This document shows positions 23,692 to 32,202 of a DNA stretch of 64,000 nt, one piece after another. Under the pieces are notes generated by a model. It was not told the origin of the DNA and searched no databases. It worked only from the letters and a program-made list of their open reading frames with translations. This DNA is from Vulcanimicrobiota bacterium. GTDB lineage: Bacteria; Vulcanimicrobiota; Vulcanimicrobiia; Eremiobacterales; Eremiobacteraceae. The DNA lies in NCBI GenBank assembly GCA_963805945.1, contig CAWDVP010000004.1, positions 64,001 to 128,000 of the forward strand, in the 5' to 3' direction. Position numbers and translations under genes: made by a program. How positions within the stretch are numbered: position 1 is the first letter of the stretch; every line of letters starts with the position of its first letter.

Positions 23692-24123
23692 TCATTTGCC
23701 TCCGGCCGCTTCGAGTTGCCGCGCTTTGATTTGTTGATCGAGCGTCAACTCGTTCTTGACCAGGATCATCAAGCCGAGCTGGATGTGCTTGGCCTCGCGC
23801 TCGAGGTCGAGCAGCGCGTCGAGCTGCGCGAGCGCCTTCGCCTGATCGACGTGGTTCTGCTTGAGCAAGTCGGCGAGTTTCGCGGTCGCAGCGGCGAGCT
23901 GCGGCTGCAGCTTGGCGAAGCGGTCTTGCCCGCTTTGCACGTCGGCTTGGATCGCCCGCGCCTGGACCTCGCTGATGCCCAACTCCTGCTGATGGCTCAT
24001 CACCAGATCGGGCGGGAGCAGCGCGCCGCCGATCGGATCGGCGTTGGGCGGTTGGTCCGCAAAGGCCGCGCCCGCGGCCAGCAGCCATGCGGCGGCGGCG
24101 ATGACGAAGGTCTTACGAAGCAT
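23692..24123 (-). CDS. Periplasmic Spy/CpxP-like helical protein
   Basis: Signal peptide, helical Q/A-rich body, LTLDQQ (LTxxQ) motif. Confidence 0.75.
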   Translation of the reverse strand: MLRKTFVIAAAAWLLAAGAAFADQPPNADPIGGALLPPDLVMSHQQELGISEVQARAIQADVQSGQDRFAKLQPQLAAATAKLADLLKQNHVDQAKALAQLDALLDLEREAKHIQLGLMILVKNELTLDQQIKARQLEAAGGK

Positions 24124-24607
24124 GTGTGACTCCTGGTGCGCGTTGCGAGTGCGTCGACGGTGAGCCGGAGGGGCTGCCGTCGCGAGAAGGTGCGTGTCGC
24201 ACGCCGTTGAGGGGTTCGAGCAGCACCGCGGTCGGCGAGCGCCACTGCGTCAGCGCGACGGTATTCGGGATCGGCGTGGTGTGCGGTTGCAGCCCGCGCA
24301 CGCCGAGGAACAACGCGATGCTTGCCGCGAGCGCCGCGCCGGCCGCGATCCACGACCGCTGCCGTCGTCGCGAACCCGGAGCGGCGAGACGGAAGCGCGC
24401 GGCGATGTCCTCCTGCAACCGTTCGGCGGGCTGCGCCCGGACGAGCGCGAGCACCGCAGCGTCCATGCGCTGCGCGAGCGCGCGCTGGCGTTCGAGTCGC
24501 GCGGTGCACGCGGCGCATTCGGCGAGATGCGCTGCGAGCGTCTCGCTGGGCTGCTCGCCGAGCGCGACCTCGGCGAGCGCGTCCTTCATCTCGTCGCAGT
24601 GATTCAT
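24113..24607 (-). CDS. Zinc-finger anti-sigma factor
   Basis: HLAECAAC (HxxxCxxC) plus one TM; follows an ECF sigma. Confidence 0.85.
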   Translation of the reverse strand: MNHCDEMKDALAEVALGEQPSETLAAHLAECAACTARLERQRALAQRMDAAVLALVRAQPAERLQEDIAARFRLAAPGSRRRQRSWIAAGAALAASIALFLGVRGLQPHTTPIPNTVALTQWRSPTAVLLEPLNGVRHAPSRDGSPSGSPSTHSQRAPGVTHAS

Positions 24608-25101
24608 GACAGCACCTCCAGCAATCGTTTGCGCGCCAGATGCAGGCGAGAGCGGACGGTCCCTTCAGGGATCCCGAGCAGATCGCCGACGGCGCCCGAC
24701 GACATGCCCTCGACCGCGCACAAGAGCAGCACCTCGCGCAGTCGCTCGGGCAGACGGTCGATCTCAAGGCGCACCCGCGCTTGGAACTCGCGTTCCCCTG
24801 CCAGCGCTTCGACGTCGACGACCGCGCTCGCGTCGCCCGCCGCGAGCTCTTCGCGCCGGCGCGCGCGCACCTCCGTGCGCATGCGATTGAGCGCGAGCCG
24901 CCTGGCAATCTGGCACACCCACGCGCGGAAACGTTCCGGATCGCGCAGACCCGCGAGTTTCGCATACGCGCGGACGAAGGTGTCCTGCGTGACGTCTTCC
25001 GCGTCCGCCGCATTGCCGAGCACGCCGTATGCGATCTGATAGACCACGCGCTGATTCTCCCGCACGAGCAGTTCGAAATCGTCAAATGTGGAGGCTGTCA
25101 C
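24604..25101 (-). CDS. ECF sigma factor
   Basis: DAEDVTQDTF, FRAW, GIPEGTVRSRL. Confidence 0.92.
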   Translation of the reverse strand: MTASTFDDFELLVRENQRVVYQIAYGVLGNAADAEDVTQDTFVRAYAKLAGLRDPERFRAWVCQIARRLALNRMRTEVRARRREELAAGDASAVVDVEALAGEREFQARVRLEIDRLPERLREVLLLCAVEGMSSGAVGDLLGIPEGTVRSRLHLARKRLLEVLS

Positions 25102-25206
25102 GAATCACTCAGCAAGCAGACACCACCGCGGGGACATCCGTTCACCAAGGGCGCGGCCGCCGCAGTCCAAGAAGGCGCGCCCGCCTGCCCATCGAACGCA
25201 CCGACG

Positions 25207-25761
25207 ATGAGCATCACACGATTTCATCTCACCGTCGCTTCGGTCGCGCTGTGCGCGCTGCTGAGCCAGCAGGCTGTCGCCGGACCGGTCCCGGCGGGGA
25301 CGGGCAAGACCATGTGCTCTGCCCTGAACACGTCCGATTTTACATCCGTGGGGATACAAGGCACGACAGGCCCGCGAGCAGACGTGATCCATCCGACCGC
25401 CGCCTACTGCGTCTATGCCGGGAACTCCGGCATGAGCGGCGGCATCGAATTCGACGTGTACTACCCCGCTGGGGCGACGCCGGCGGCGGTGAAGAGCCAC
25501 GAGCACACGTTGATGATGGAGGCCGGCGGCAGCGTCGGTGAAGGAGCGTACTCGACCATCTCTATGCCGGGAGTCGACGCGGCGCACCTTGGCACAAATA
25601 TGCGCACCGGCAAGGCGCCGTTCGACAGCCTCGTGGTGCGCAAGGGCAACCTCATCATCATCATCACGATCCCGGCCACCGCGCACGCGCCGGTTCAGCT
25701 CAAAAAACTCGCGACGATCGCCTTGGGGCGCTTCGCGACGGTAGTATCGTTCGAGCGCTAG
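25207..25761 (+). CDS. Hypothetical secreted protein
   Basis: Signal peptide ending AVA; two cysteines in the mature part. Confidence 0.6.
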   Translation: MSITRFHLTVASVALCALLSQQAVAGPVPAGTGKTMCSALNTSDFTSVGIQGTTGPRADVIHPTAAYCVYAGNSGMSGGIEFDVYYPAGATPAAVKSHEHTLMMEAGGSVGEGAYSTISMPGVDAAHLGTNMRTGKAPFDSLVVRKGNLIIIITIPATAHAPVQLKKLATIALGRFATVVSFER

Positions 25762-27026
25762 TCCACGCAGCGGAACTTCGCGTAGACGTACGGATAGTTC
25801 GGTCTGAACCAGTTGCGCAAGCTGCGCCGAATGAGCTCACGCGCGGTGACCGGCGATGCGCCCTTCATGACGTAATGCTTGCCGTCGAAGAAGTCGGCTG
25901 AGTACGGCGGATAGGTCGCCATCGGCGTGAAACCGGGCAGCGGCGCGAAGACGCTTGACGTCCACTCCCAACCGTTGCCTACCAGATCGTGCACGCCCCA
26001 CGCGCTCGCGGCCGCCGGGTGAGAGCCGGCCGGCACCGGATCGTAGCTCTCGAAGCCGAAATTCCCGTGCGTGCTGTCCGGCGCCGCATCGCCCCACGGA
26101 TGCTGGCGTTCCTCGCCGCCCGGCGTGCCGTACGCCGCGCGGTGGAATTCCGCCTCGGTCGGCAGACGCCGGCCGTGGCATGCGGCATACGCGGTCGCCT
26201 GTTCTTGCGTCACGTAGACGGGCCACGCGAGCGGCAGCGGGATCTCGTCGAACGCTGCGATCTGATACCACGCGCCGTCGCGGCGAACCCAGAACGGCGC
26301 CGCCTCGCCGCCGGACTCGACGAATTTGAGCCAATCCGCATTGGTGACGCTGTGGGCGTCGATCTCGAAGGCCGGCACGTCGACACGTGTCTCCTCGAAC
26401 TCGTTATCCCAACCGAACTCGACGTCTTGAGAACGGGCGCCGAGCGTCGCCTGCCCGGCCGCGATCTTCGCGCGCTTCTTTTCTGGCACGGCTCCGTCGC
26501 GCGGCGGCTTCGCGCCTGCGGGCCGCCGCTTGTCGGTGAGCGGCAGGCGATGCAACATGTATAAGAACGTCTCGTGATGCATCGGCTCGTGCTCGAGGAT
26601 GGTGTGCGCGGCCTGGCGCGACAGCGCGGACGCATCGGCGCCCTGTCGCTCGATATCCTCGAGGGCCGCGATCACCGCGGCATCCCAGCGCGCGCCCATC
26701 GCTTGCACCACGTCGCGCGACGGCCACTCCGGCGGCGCCGAGGTGTTGGCGGCAGCGACGTCATCGGGATCGATGCCGCGCTGGAAGAGCTTCTCCAGTG
26801 TGTCGTCGAGCGCCGGCTGCCCGAGCGCGAAGCGGTTGAGCGTGATGTAGCTGAACGCGGGGATGTGGCCCTCGTAGAATTCTATCGGGTGGCGCAGCGG
26901 GATCGGGCGCGCGAGATACGCGTCCGGCACCGGGATCTCGAAGAGCCCTGCCGAGATGCCGCGGTTGCGGCGATACCAATCGCTGAGCTTTGTGCCGACG
27001 CTGGGGCGTACATCTATCCGAGCCAT
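25758..27026 (-). CDS. EgtB/OvoA-type non-heme iron sulfoxide synthase (DinB + FGE-sulfatase domains)
   Basis: FYEGH and HEPMHHE (HxxxHxE) iron ligands, RLPTEAE, GNGWEW, FRC terminus. Confidence 0.88.
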   Translation of the reverse strand: MARIDVRPSVGTKLSDWYRRNRGISAGLFEIPVPDAYLARPIPLRHPIEFYEGHIPAFSYITLNRFALGQPALDDTLEKLFQRGIDPDDVAAANTSAPPEWPSRDVVQAMGARWDAAVIAALEDIERQGADASALSRQAAHTILEHEPMHHETFLYMLHRLPLTDKRRPAGAKPPRDGAVPEKKRAKIAAGQATLGARSQDVEFGWDNEFEETRVDVPAFEIDAHSVTNADWLKFVESGGEAAPFWVRRDGAWYQIAAFDEIPLPLAWPVYVTQEQATAYAACHGRRLPTEAEFHRAAYGTPGGEERQHPWGDAAPDSTHGNFGFESYDPVPAGSHPAAASAWGVHDLVGNGWEWTSSVFAPLPGFTPMATYPPYSADFFDGKHYVMKGASPVTARELIRRSLRNWFRPNYPYVYAKFRCVD

Positions 27027-27102
27027 GCTGGAGCCTTCCGTTCCTTCTGGGTGTGGGGAGAAGTGGCGATTCGGCGCTCGAAGTAGGGCGCCTTTCTGGC
27101 AA

Positions 27103-27160
27103 GGGCCGACCTAAAGGTCGGCCCCTACATCGCGGGCCGTCTTGAAGGTCGGCCCCTACA
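27103..27160. repeat. Two tandem REP family A copies
   Basis: GGGCCGACCTAAAGGTCGGCCCCTACA and GGGCCGTCTTGAAGGTCGGCCCCTACA. Confidence 0.88.
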
Positions 27161-27172
27161 TCGGCTGGCCCG

Positions 27173-28405
27173 CTATGCGGCCTTGAACACGAGCGCCGCG
27201 TTGAGGCCGCCGAAGCCGAAACTATTCGAGAGCACCACGCGCTGGCGCAGTTGCGTCGGCACGTCCGGCGAGTACCGCAGATCGCAACCCGGCGCCGGCG
27301 TCTCGAGATTGATGGTCGGCACGACCATGCTTTCTTTGAGTCCCATGGCGCACAGCGCCGCTTCGACCGAACCCGTCGCGCCGAGCGCGTGGCCTGTCAT
27401 ACCTTTCGTGCCGGATACCATTATGCGGTCGGCGTCCGCGCCGAACACCTCGCGGATCGCGCGGCTCTCCGTCGGGTCGTTGAGCGGCGTCGACGACCCG
27501 TGCGTGTTGATGTGGTCGACCTCGCCTGCCGACACGCCGGCGTCAGCCATGGCGAGCGTCATCGCGCGTTTGGCTTCGCGGCCGTCCGCGCGCGGTGAGG
27601 CCATGTTGTCGCCGTCGTTGGTGAGCGCGTAGCCGGACAGCTCCGCATACGGCACCGCGCCGCGCGCGATGACGTCCTCTTCGCGCTCGAGCAGCAGCAG
27701 CGCCGACGCCTCCGACATGACGAAGCCGTCGCGGCCCTCGTCGAACGGCCTGCTCGCGGTCGCCGGATCGCCGTTGCGCTGCGACATCGACTTGATGACG
27801 TCGAACGCGCCGAAGATGAGCGGCGTGAGCGGGATCTCGACGCCGCCGGCGAGCGCGCGGCGCACGTAGCCGGAACGCACGGCGCGTAGCGCGTCACCCA
27901 ACGCGACAGCGCCGGCCGCGCACGAATTCGAATTCGAGACCGTGGGACCGTGGATGCCGAAGTGGATGGCGATGTTGCAGCATGCGGCGGCGGGGAAGAC
28001 CGACAGCGCGAGCAACGGGTGCACCGCCTTGATGCCGCGCGTGATGAAGTTACGGTTCTGCTCTTCGCCGTAGGCCGCGCCGCCGAGCGCACTGCCGACC
28101 CACACGCCGAAGTCGCCGTCATCGCCGCTCGGCGTGTAGCCGGCGTCTTCGAACGCGAGGCGCGCGGTCGCGATCGAGAACTGCGCGAAGCGCTCGGAGC
28201 GCTGCAGTGCGCGGCGGTCGAGGAACGCCGCTGGATCGAAATCGTCCACCTGGCCGCCGACCTTGCTGCGGAACGGCGTCGTGTCGAAGCGGTCGAGCGC
28301 CCGCACGCCGCGTCTGCCCTCCAGCGCACCGCGCCACAGACCCGCACGGCCGATGCCGATCGGGGTGATTGCGCCGATGCCGGTGATGAAGACGCGATGG
28401 TTCAC
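27173..28405 (-). CDS. Beta-ketoacyl-ACP synthase (FabF/KS-alpha type)
   Basis: RVFITGIG, SNSC catalytic Cys, NTHGSST, KGMTGH, SNSFGFGG. Confidence 0.93.
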   Translation of the reverse strand: MNHRVFITGIGAITPIGIGRAGLWRGALEGRRGVRALDRFDTTPFRSKVGGQVDDFDPAAFLDRRALQRSERFAQFSIATARLAFEDAGYTPSGDDGDFGVWVGSALGGAAYGEEQNRNFITRGIKAVHPLLALSVFPAAACCNIAIHFGIHGPTVSNSNSCAAGAVALGDALRAVRSGYVRRALAGGVEIPLTPLIFGAFDVIKSMSQRNGDPATASRPFDEGRDGFVMSEASALLLLEREEDVIARGAVPYAELSGYALTNDGDNMASPRADGREAKRAMTLAMADAGVSAGEVDHINTHGSSTPLNDPTESRAIREVFGADADRIMVSGTKGMTGHALGATGSVEAALCAMGLKESMVVPTINLETPAPGCDLRYSPDVPTQLRQRVVLSNSFGFGGLNAALVFKAA

Positions 28406-28848
28406 GAGGCCGCCTCCGCTAGCTCTTTCATGCGCGCGAGCGTCTTGCCCGCGATGCTTTGGATGAAGAAATCGCCGATGATGCGCCTGCCGACCCACGG
28501 CCCGATGAGCGGGATGCGCCGGAAGTCGAGATGGTGCTCGATGGTCACGCGCGTGCCGCCTTCTACGGGCGCGAAGGTCCATGCCACCTGCATGCCGGCC
28601 GTCCAGCCCGACAAGTGCGTGAACTCGATGCGCGGCGCGTCCGGATCGAGACGCTCGACGGTCTCCCAGCGCACCGGGATCCAGCCGCGGCGCGCCGCCA
28701 TGATCGCGGTGCGTTCGTGCGGGCCGTCCTTGAGGATGTGCACGAAGCGGTAATGCGGCAACAGCGCGGGCCAGCGGCCGATGTCCTGCGCCAACTCGTA
28801 GATCGCCTGTGCCGGGGCCGCGATGTCGATCGACCGCTGTGCGTGCAT
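28402..28848 (-). CDS. SRPBCC (polyketide cyclase/aromatase-like) protein
   Basis: SIDIAAP, DIGRWPALLPH, GTRVTIEH. Confidence 0.85.
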   Translation of the reverse strand: MHAQRSIDIAAPAQAIYELAQDIGRWPALLPHYRFVHILKDGPHERTAIMAARRGWIPVRWETVERLDPDAPRIEFTHLSGWTAGMQVAWTFAPVEGGTRVTIEHHLDFRRIPLIGPWVGRRIIGDFFIQSIAGKTLARMKELAEAAS

Positions 28849-30005
28849 CACGCGAGCAGGTTCCACAGCAGCTTCGGAGTGAGGCCGCCGCCCATCGTGC
28901 CGACGACCGCGGCGAGCAGTTCGTCCGCGAGTTCCGGACGGCGTGCGATGCCGCGCGCAGCGCGCCGGCGCAGCCAGCGCGTGCGCAGCAGCGCGTCGAC
29001 CGCGCGCGACGTCCGTCGCACGCGGGCGATCGCCGCGGCGCGCTGCGTCGAGTACCGATCCGCGACCGCGCGCGACAGCGCGCCAGCAGCAAGCGCCTGC
29101 GCGGCATCCGCCGCGTACGTCGACAGGCCGATGGCCATAGCGATACCTTGTCCGAGGAACGGGTCGAGCAGTTCCGCGGCGTCACCGGTGAGGACGACGC
29201 GCCCCTCGGTGATAGAACGAGCGCGGTAGCGCAATGGACCGACGCTGACCCGGCGTGTCAGCAGCGCGGACTCGAAGCGGCATGCGCCGTCGCTCAAGCG
29301 CGAGACGACCTCGTCGGCCTCATCTTCGAGCACCGGCCGCGGCATCACGAGCATCGCATTGGTCATGCCGTTCCCCAACGGGTTGCGCGCATAGTAGCCC
29401 TCCGGGCCTACGTACATCATTACCTCATCGCCGTCCGAAGGTGTCGCCAGATGTCCGCCGACCGCCCAGCGGCCGCCGCGCGGACGCGCGCCGCCGGCCA
29501 TGCCGCAGCGCTGCGCCACGGCCGACCATGCGCCGTCGGCGCCGATGAGCACGTGCGCGACTATCTGATGTACGTCCCCCGCGCCGTCGCGGTACTCGAC
29601 GCGCACGTCGTCCGCACCGCGCCGTGCATCCACGAAGGTACCGTGCACGAGCGTCGCGCCTGCGCTCACCGCAAGCTCCGCGAGCAGCGAGTCGAAACGC
29701 TCGCGCGCGATCGCTAGACCGCCGCGACCCGGCAGTCGCATGTGCACCGGATCGAGCCCGAAGCCGCCGATGCGCAGGCTGCGCAACGGGTGCGCCGACA
29801 CTTCAACGGCGTCAAGCACGCCAAGCCGATCGAGCGCATCGAGCGTCGACGGGCTCAGGTATTCTCCGCACACCTTGGTGCGCGGCAGCCGCGCGCGTTC
29901 CACGATCACCGTCGAGAGCCCGCGCCGCGCGAGCTGCAGCGCGACGCTCGCGCCGGCCGGGCCGGCGCCGACCACCACGACATCGCGAGCGAACGCCGGC
30001 GTCAC
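28848..30005 (-). CDS. FAD-dependent oxidoreductase (geranylgeranyl reductase-like)
   Basis: VVGAGPAG, KVCGE, IGADG, GDAAELLDPFLGQGI. Confidence 0.9.
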   Translation of the reverse strand: MTPAFARDVVVVGAGPAGASVALQLARRGLSTVIVERARLPRTKVCGEYLSPSTLDALDRLGVLDAVEVSAHPLRSLRIGGFGLDPVHMRLPGRGGLAIARERFDSLLAELAVSAGATLVHGTFVDARRGADDVRVEYRDGAGDVHQIVAHVLIGADGAWSAVAQRCGMAGGARPRGGRWAVGGHLATPSDGDEVMMYVGPEGYYARNPLGNGMTNAMLVMPRPVLEDEADEVVSRLSDGACRFESALLTRRVSVGPLRYRARSITEGRVVLTGDAAELLDPFLGQGIAMAIGLSTYAADAAQALAAGALSRAVADRYSTQRAAAIARVRRTSRAVDALLRTRWLRRRAARGIARRPELADELLAAVVGTMGGGLTPKLLWNLLA

Positions 30006-30023
30006 CGGCCATATCGGATGCTC

Positions 30024-30557
30024 CTAGCGAACGGCTCGTCGCGCCACGCTCTCTCGCGCGCGCCAACCCACCAGCGGCGCGAGATAGCCCGCGATCCAGA
30101 AGAGCAGCGCGAACAGCACGAGACCGCCGACGATCAGCCCGCCGGTCACCGCGGTGACCGACCCGATGGTGCGCACCACCATCGGATTCCATTCCGATCC
30201 GTCGCCGGTCGCGAGATCGAGCAGCGCGAAGACGCGGTACGGCCGCAGGTCGGAGAGCGTCGGCTGCACGTTGACCTTCACGTCGGTCGTGCCTGCGACC
30301 GGCGTGAGCGCGTAGGGCGGCAGTCCGTTGCCGTTGGCGGTGAACGGCTGCATCGAGAAGTAGCCGACCACGAGCGCCTGACCGCGAGAGACGTTCTGTG
30401 CCTGCGCGACCGATTGCAGCGAACGCGGCAGCGGCACGACGGCCGCCACGCCCATGAGCCAGTAGAGCGCGATGAGCGCGGCGAGCAGCCCGAACGTCAG
30501 CGCGATCCGCGGCCCCATCGGTACGGCGCTCGTGGGCGCTCCCGTTCTGCTAGCCAA
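30024..30557 (-). CDS. Hypothetical membrane protein
   Basis: Two hydrophobic segments; start overlaps the stop of the P5C dehydrogenase gene. Confidence 0.6.
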   Translation of the reverse strand: MASRTGAPTSAVPMGPRIALTFGLLAALIALYWLMGVAAVVPLPRSLQSVAQAQNVSRGQALVVGYFSMQPFTANGNGLPPYALTPVAGTTDVKVNVQPTLSDLRPYRVFALLDLATGDGSEWNPMVVRTIGSVTAVTGGLIVGGLVLFALLFWIAGYLAPLVGWRARESVARRAVR

Positions 30558-32118
30558 TCTTCTCGCTCACCGTCTTCGCCTGCATGAAGAGCAGCAGATA
30601 GTCCGGGCCGCCGGCCTTCGAATCCGTGCCCGACATGTTGAAGCCGCCGAACGGATGGGCGCCGACGAACGCGCCCGTGCACTTGCGGTTGAAGTACAGA
30701 TTGCCGACGTGGAACTCGTCGCGCGCTTGCGCCAGCTTCTTCGGATCCTTCGAGTACACCGCGCCGGTGAGCCCGAACTCCGTGTTGTTGGCGATGCGCA
30801 GCGCGTCGTCGTAGTCCTTGGCCTTGATGACCGCGAGCACCGGGCCGAAGATCTCTTCCTGCGCGATCACCGCGTCGGGCTTCACATCGGCGATGACGGT
30901 CGGCTCGACGAAGTAGCCGCTGCCGGGCCCTCGTCCGCCGCCGGCGACGAGTCGGCCCTCTTTCGCGCCTTGGTCGACATAGGCTTTGATCTTCTTCAAC
31001 GACGCCTCGTTGACGACCGGCCCCATGAAGTTGGCGGGATCGGCGGGATCGCCGACCGTGATCTTCTTGACGCGCTCGGTGAGGCGCTCGACGAATTCAT
31101 CGTAGAGCGGCTGCTCGACGATCGCGCGCGAGCATGCCGAGCATTTCTGGCCTTGGAAGCCGAACGCGGAGAGCGCCACGCCTTCGACAGCGGCGTCGAG
31201 GTCGGCGTCGGCGGCGACGACGATGGAGTCCTTGCCGCCCATCTCGGCGACGACGCGCTTGATCCAGATCTGTCCGGGATGCGGCGCGGCCGCGAGCTGG
31301 TTGACGCGCAAGCCCACTTCTTTGCTGCCGGTGAACGAGATGAAGCGGACGCGCGGGTGCTCGACGAGCATGTCGCCGATGACGCTGCCCGAGCCGGCGA
31401 CGAAGTTGACGACGCCGGGCGGCATGCCGCACTGCTCGAGCAGCTCGACGAACTTATAGGCGATCACCGGCGAGTCGCTCGACGGCTTCAGCACCACGGT
31501 GTTGCCGGCGACGATCGCGGCCGACGTCATGCCGGCCATGATCGCGAAGGCGAAATTCCACGGCGGGATGACGACGCCGACGCCGAGCGGGATGTAGATC
31601 ATGGCGTTCTTCTCGCCGGGCATCGGCGTGAGCGGCTGCGGACCCGCGAAGCGCAGCATCTCGCGCGCGTAATACTCGAGGAAGTCGATGCCCTCGGCGA
31701 TGTCGCCGTCGGCTTCGGGCCAGCTCTTGCCGACTTCGAGCACGAGCAGCGCGTCGAACTCGAAGCGCCGGCGCCGCACTTCGGCGGCCGCTTTGAAGAG
31801 CAGGTCGGCGCGCTTCTCCGGCGCGGTCTTCGACCAGCCGATGAACGCTTGTTCCGCTGCTGCCACCGCCTCCTTGGCCTGCTGCTGCGTCGCTTGCGCG
31901 ACCACGCCGATCACCTCGTCGGGCTTCGACGGGTTGCGCGATGGCGTCGTCCCCGAACCGGCGACCCGCAGGCCGTTGATGATGAGCGGATACGAGGTGC
32001 CGAAGGTCGCGCGAACCGCGGCGATGGCCGCTTCCATCTTCTTCTTGTGGTCAGGATCGCGGAAATCGATGAACGGCTCGTTCGTGAACTCGGAGACGCG
32101 CTCCAGGACGCTTGCCAT
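30550..32118 (-). CDS. pruA: 1-pyrroline-5-carboxylate dehydrogenase
   Basis: FTNEP, PWNF, FTGS, EMGGK, GQKCSAC, SGTDSKAGGPDYL. Confidence 0.93.
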   Translation of the reverse strand: MASVLERVSEFTNEPFIDFRDPDHKKKMEAAIAAVRATFGTSYPLIINGLRVAGSGTTPSRNPSKPDEVIGVVAQATQQQAKEAVAAAEQAFIGWSKTAPEKRADLLFKAAAEVRRRRFEFDALLVLEVGKSWPEADGDIAEGIDFLEYYAREMLRFAGPQPLTPMPGEKNAMIYIPLGVGVVIPPWNFAFAIMAGMTSAAIVAGNTVVLKPSSDSPVIAYKFVELLEQCGMPPGVVNFVAGSGSVIGDMLVEHPRVRFISFTGSKEVGLRVNQLAAAPHPGQIWIKRVVAEMGGKDSIVVAADADLDAAVEGVALSAFGFQGQKCSACSRAIVEQPLYDEFVERLTERVKKITVGDPADPANFMGPVVNEASLKKIKAYVDQGAKEGRLVAGGGRGPGSGYFVEPTVIADVKPDAVIAQEEIFGPVLAVIKAKDYDDALRIANNTEFGLTGAVYSKDPKKLAQARDEFHVGNLYFNRKCTGAFVGAHPFGGFNMSGTDSKAGGPDYLLLFMQAKTVSEKIG

Positions 32119-32135
32119 TAGGTTGTTGCTTTCTA

Positions 32136-32160
32136 TGGAGCGGTCGACTTTAGTCGACCG
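32136..32160. repeat. REP family B copy
   Basis: TGGAGCGGTCGACTTTAGTCGACCG. Confidence 0.8.
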
Positions 32161-32202
32161 TTTGAAGAGCCGCGGTTTTCGGCGCGATGGTGAGGGGCTC
32201 CC

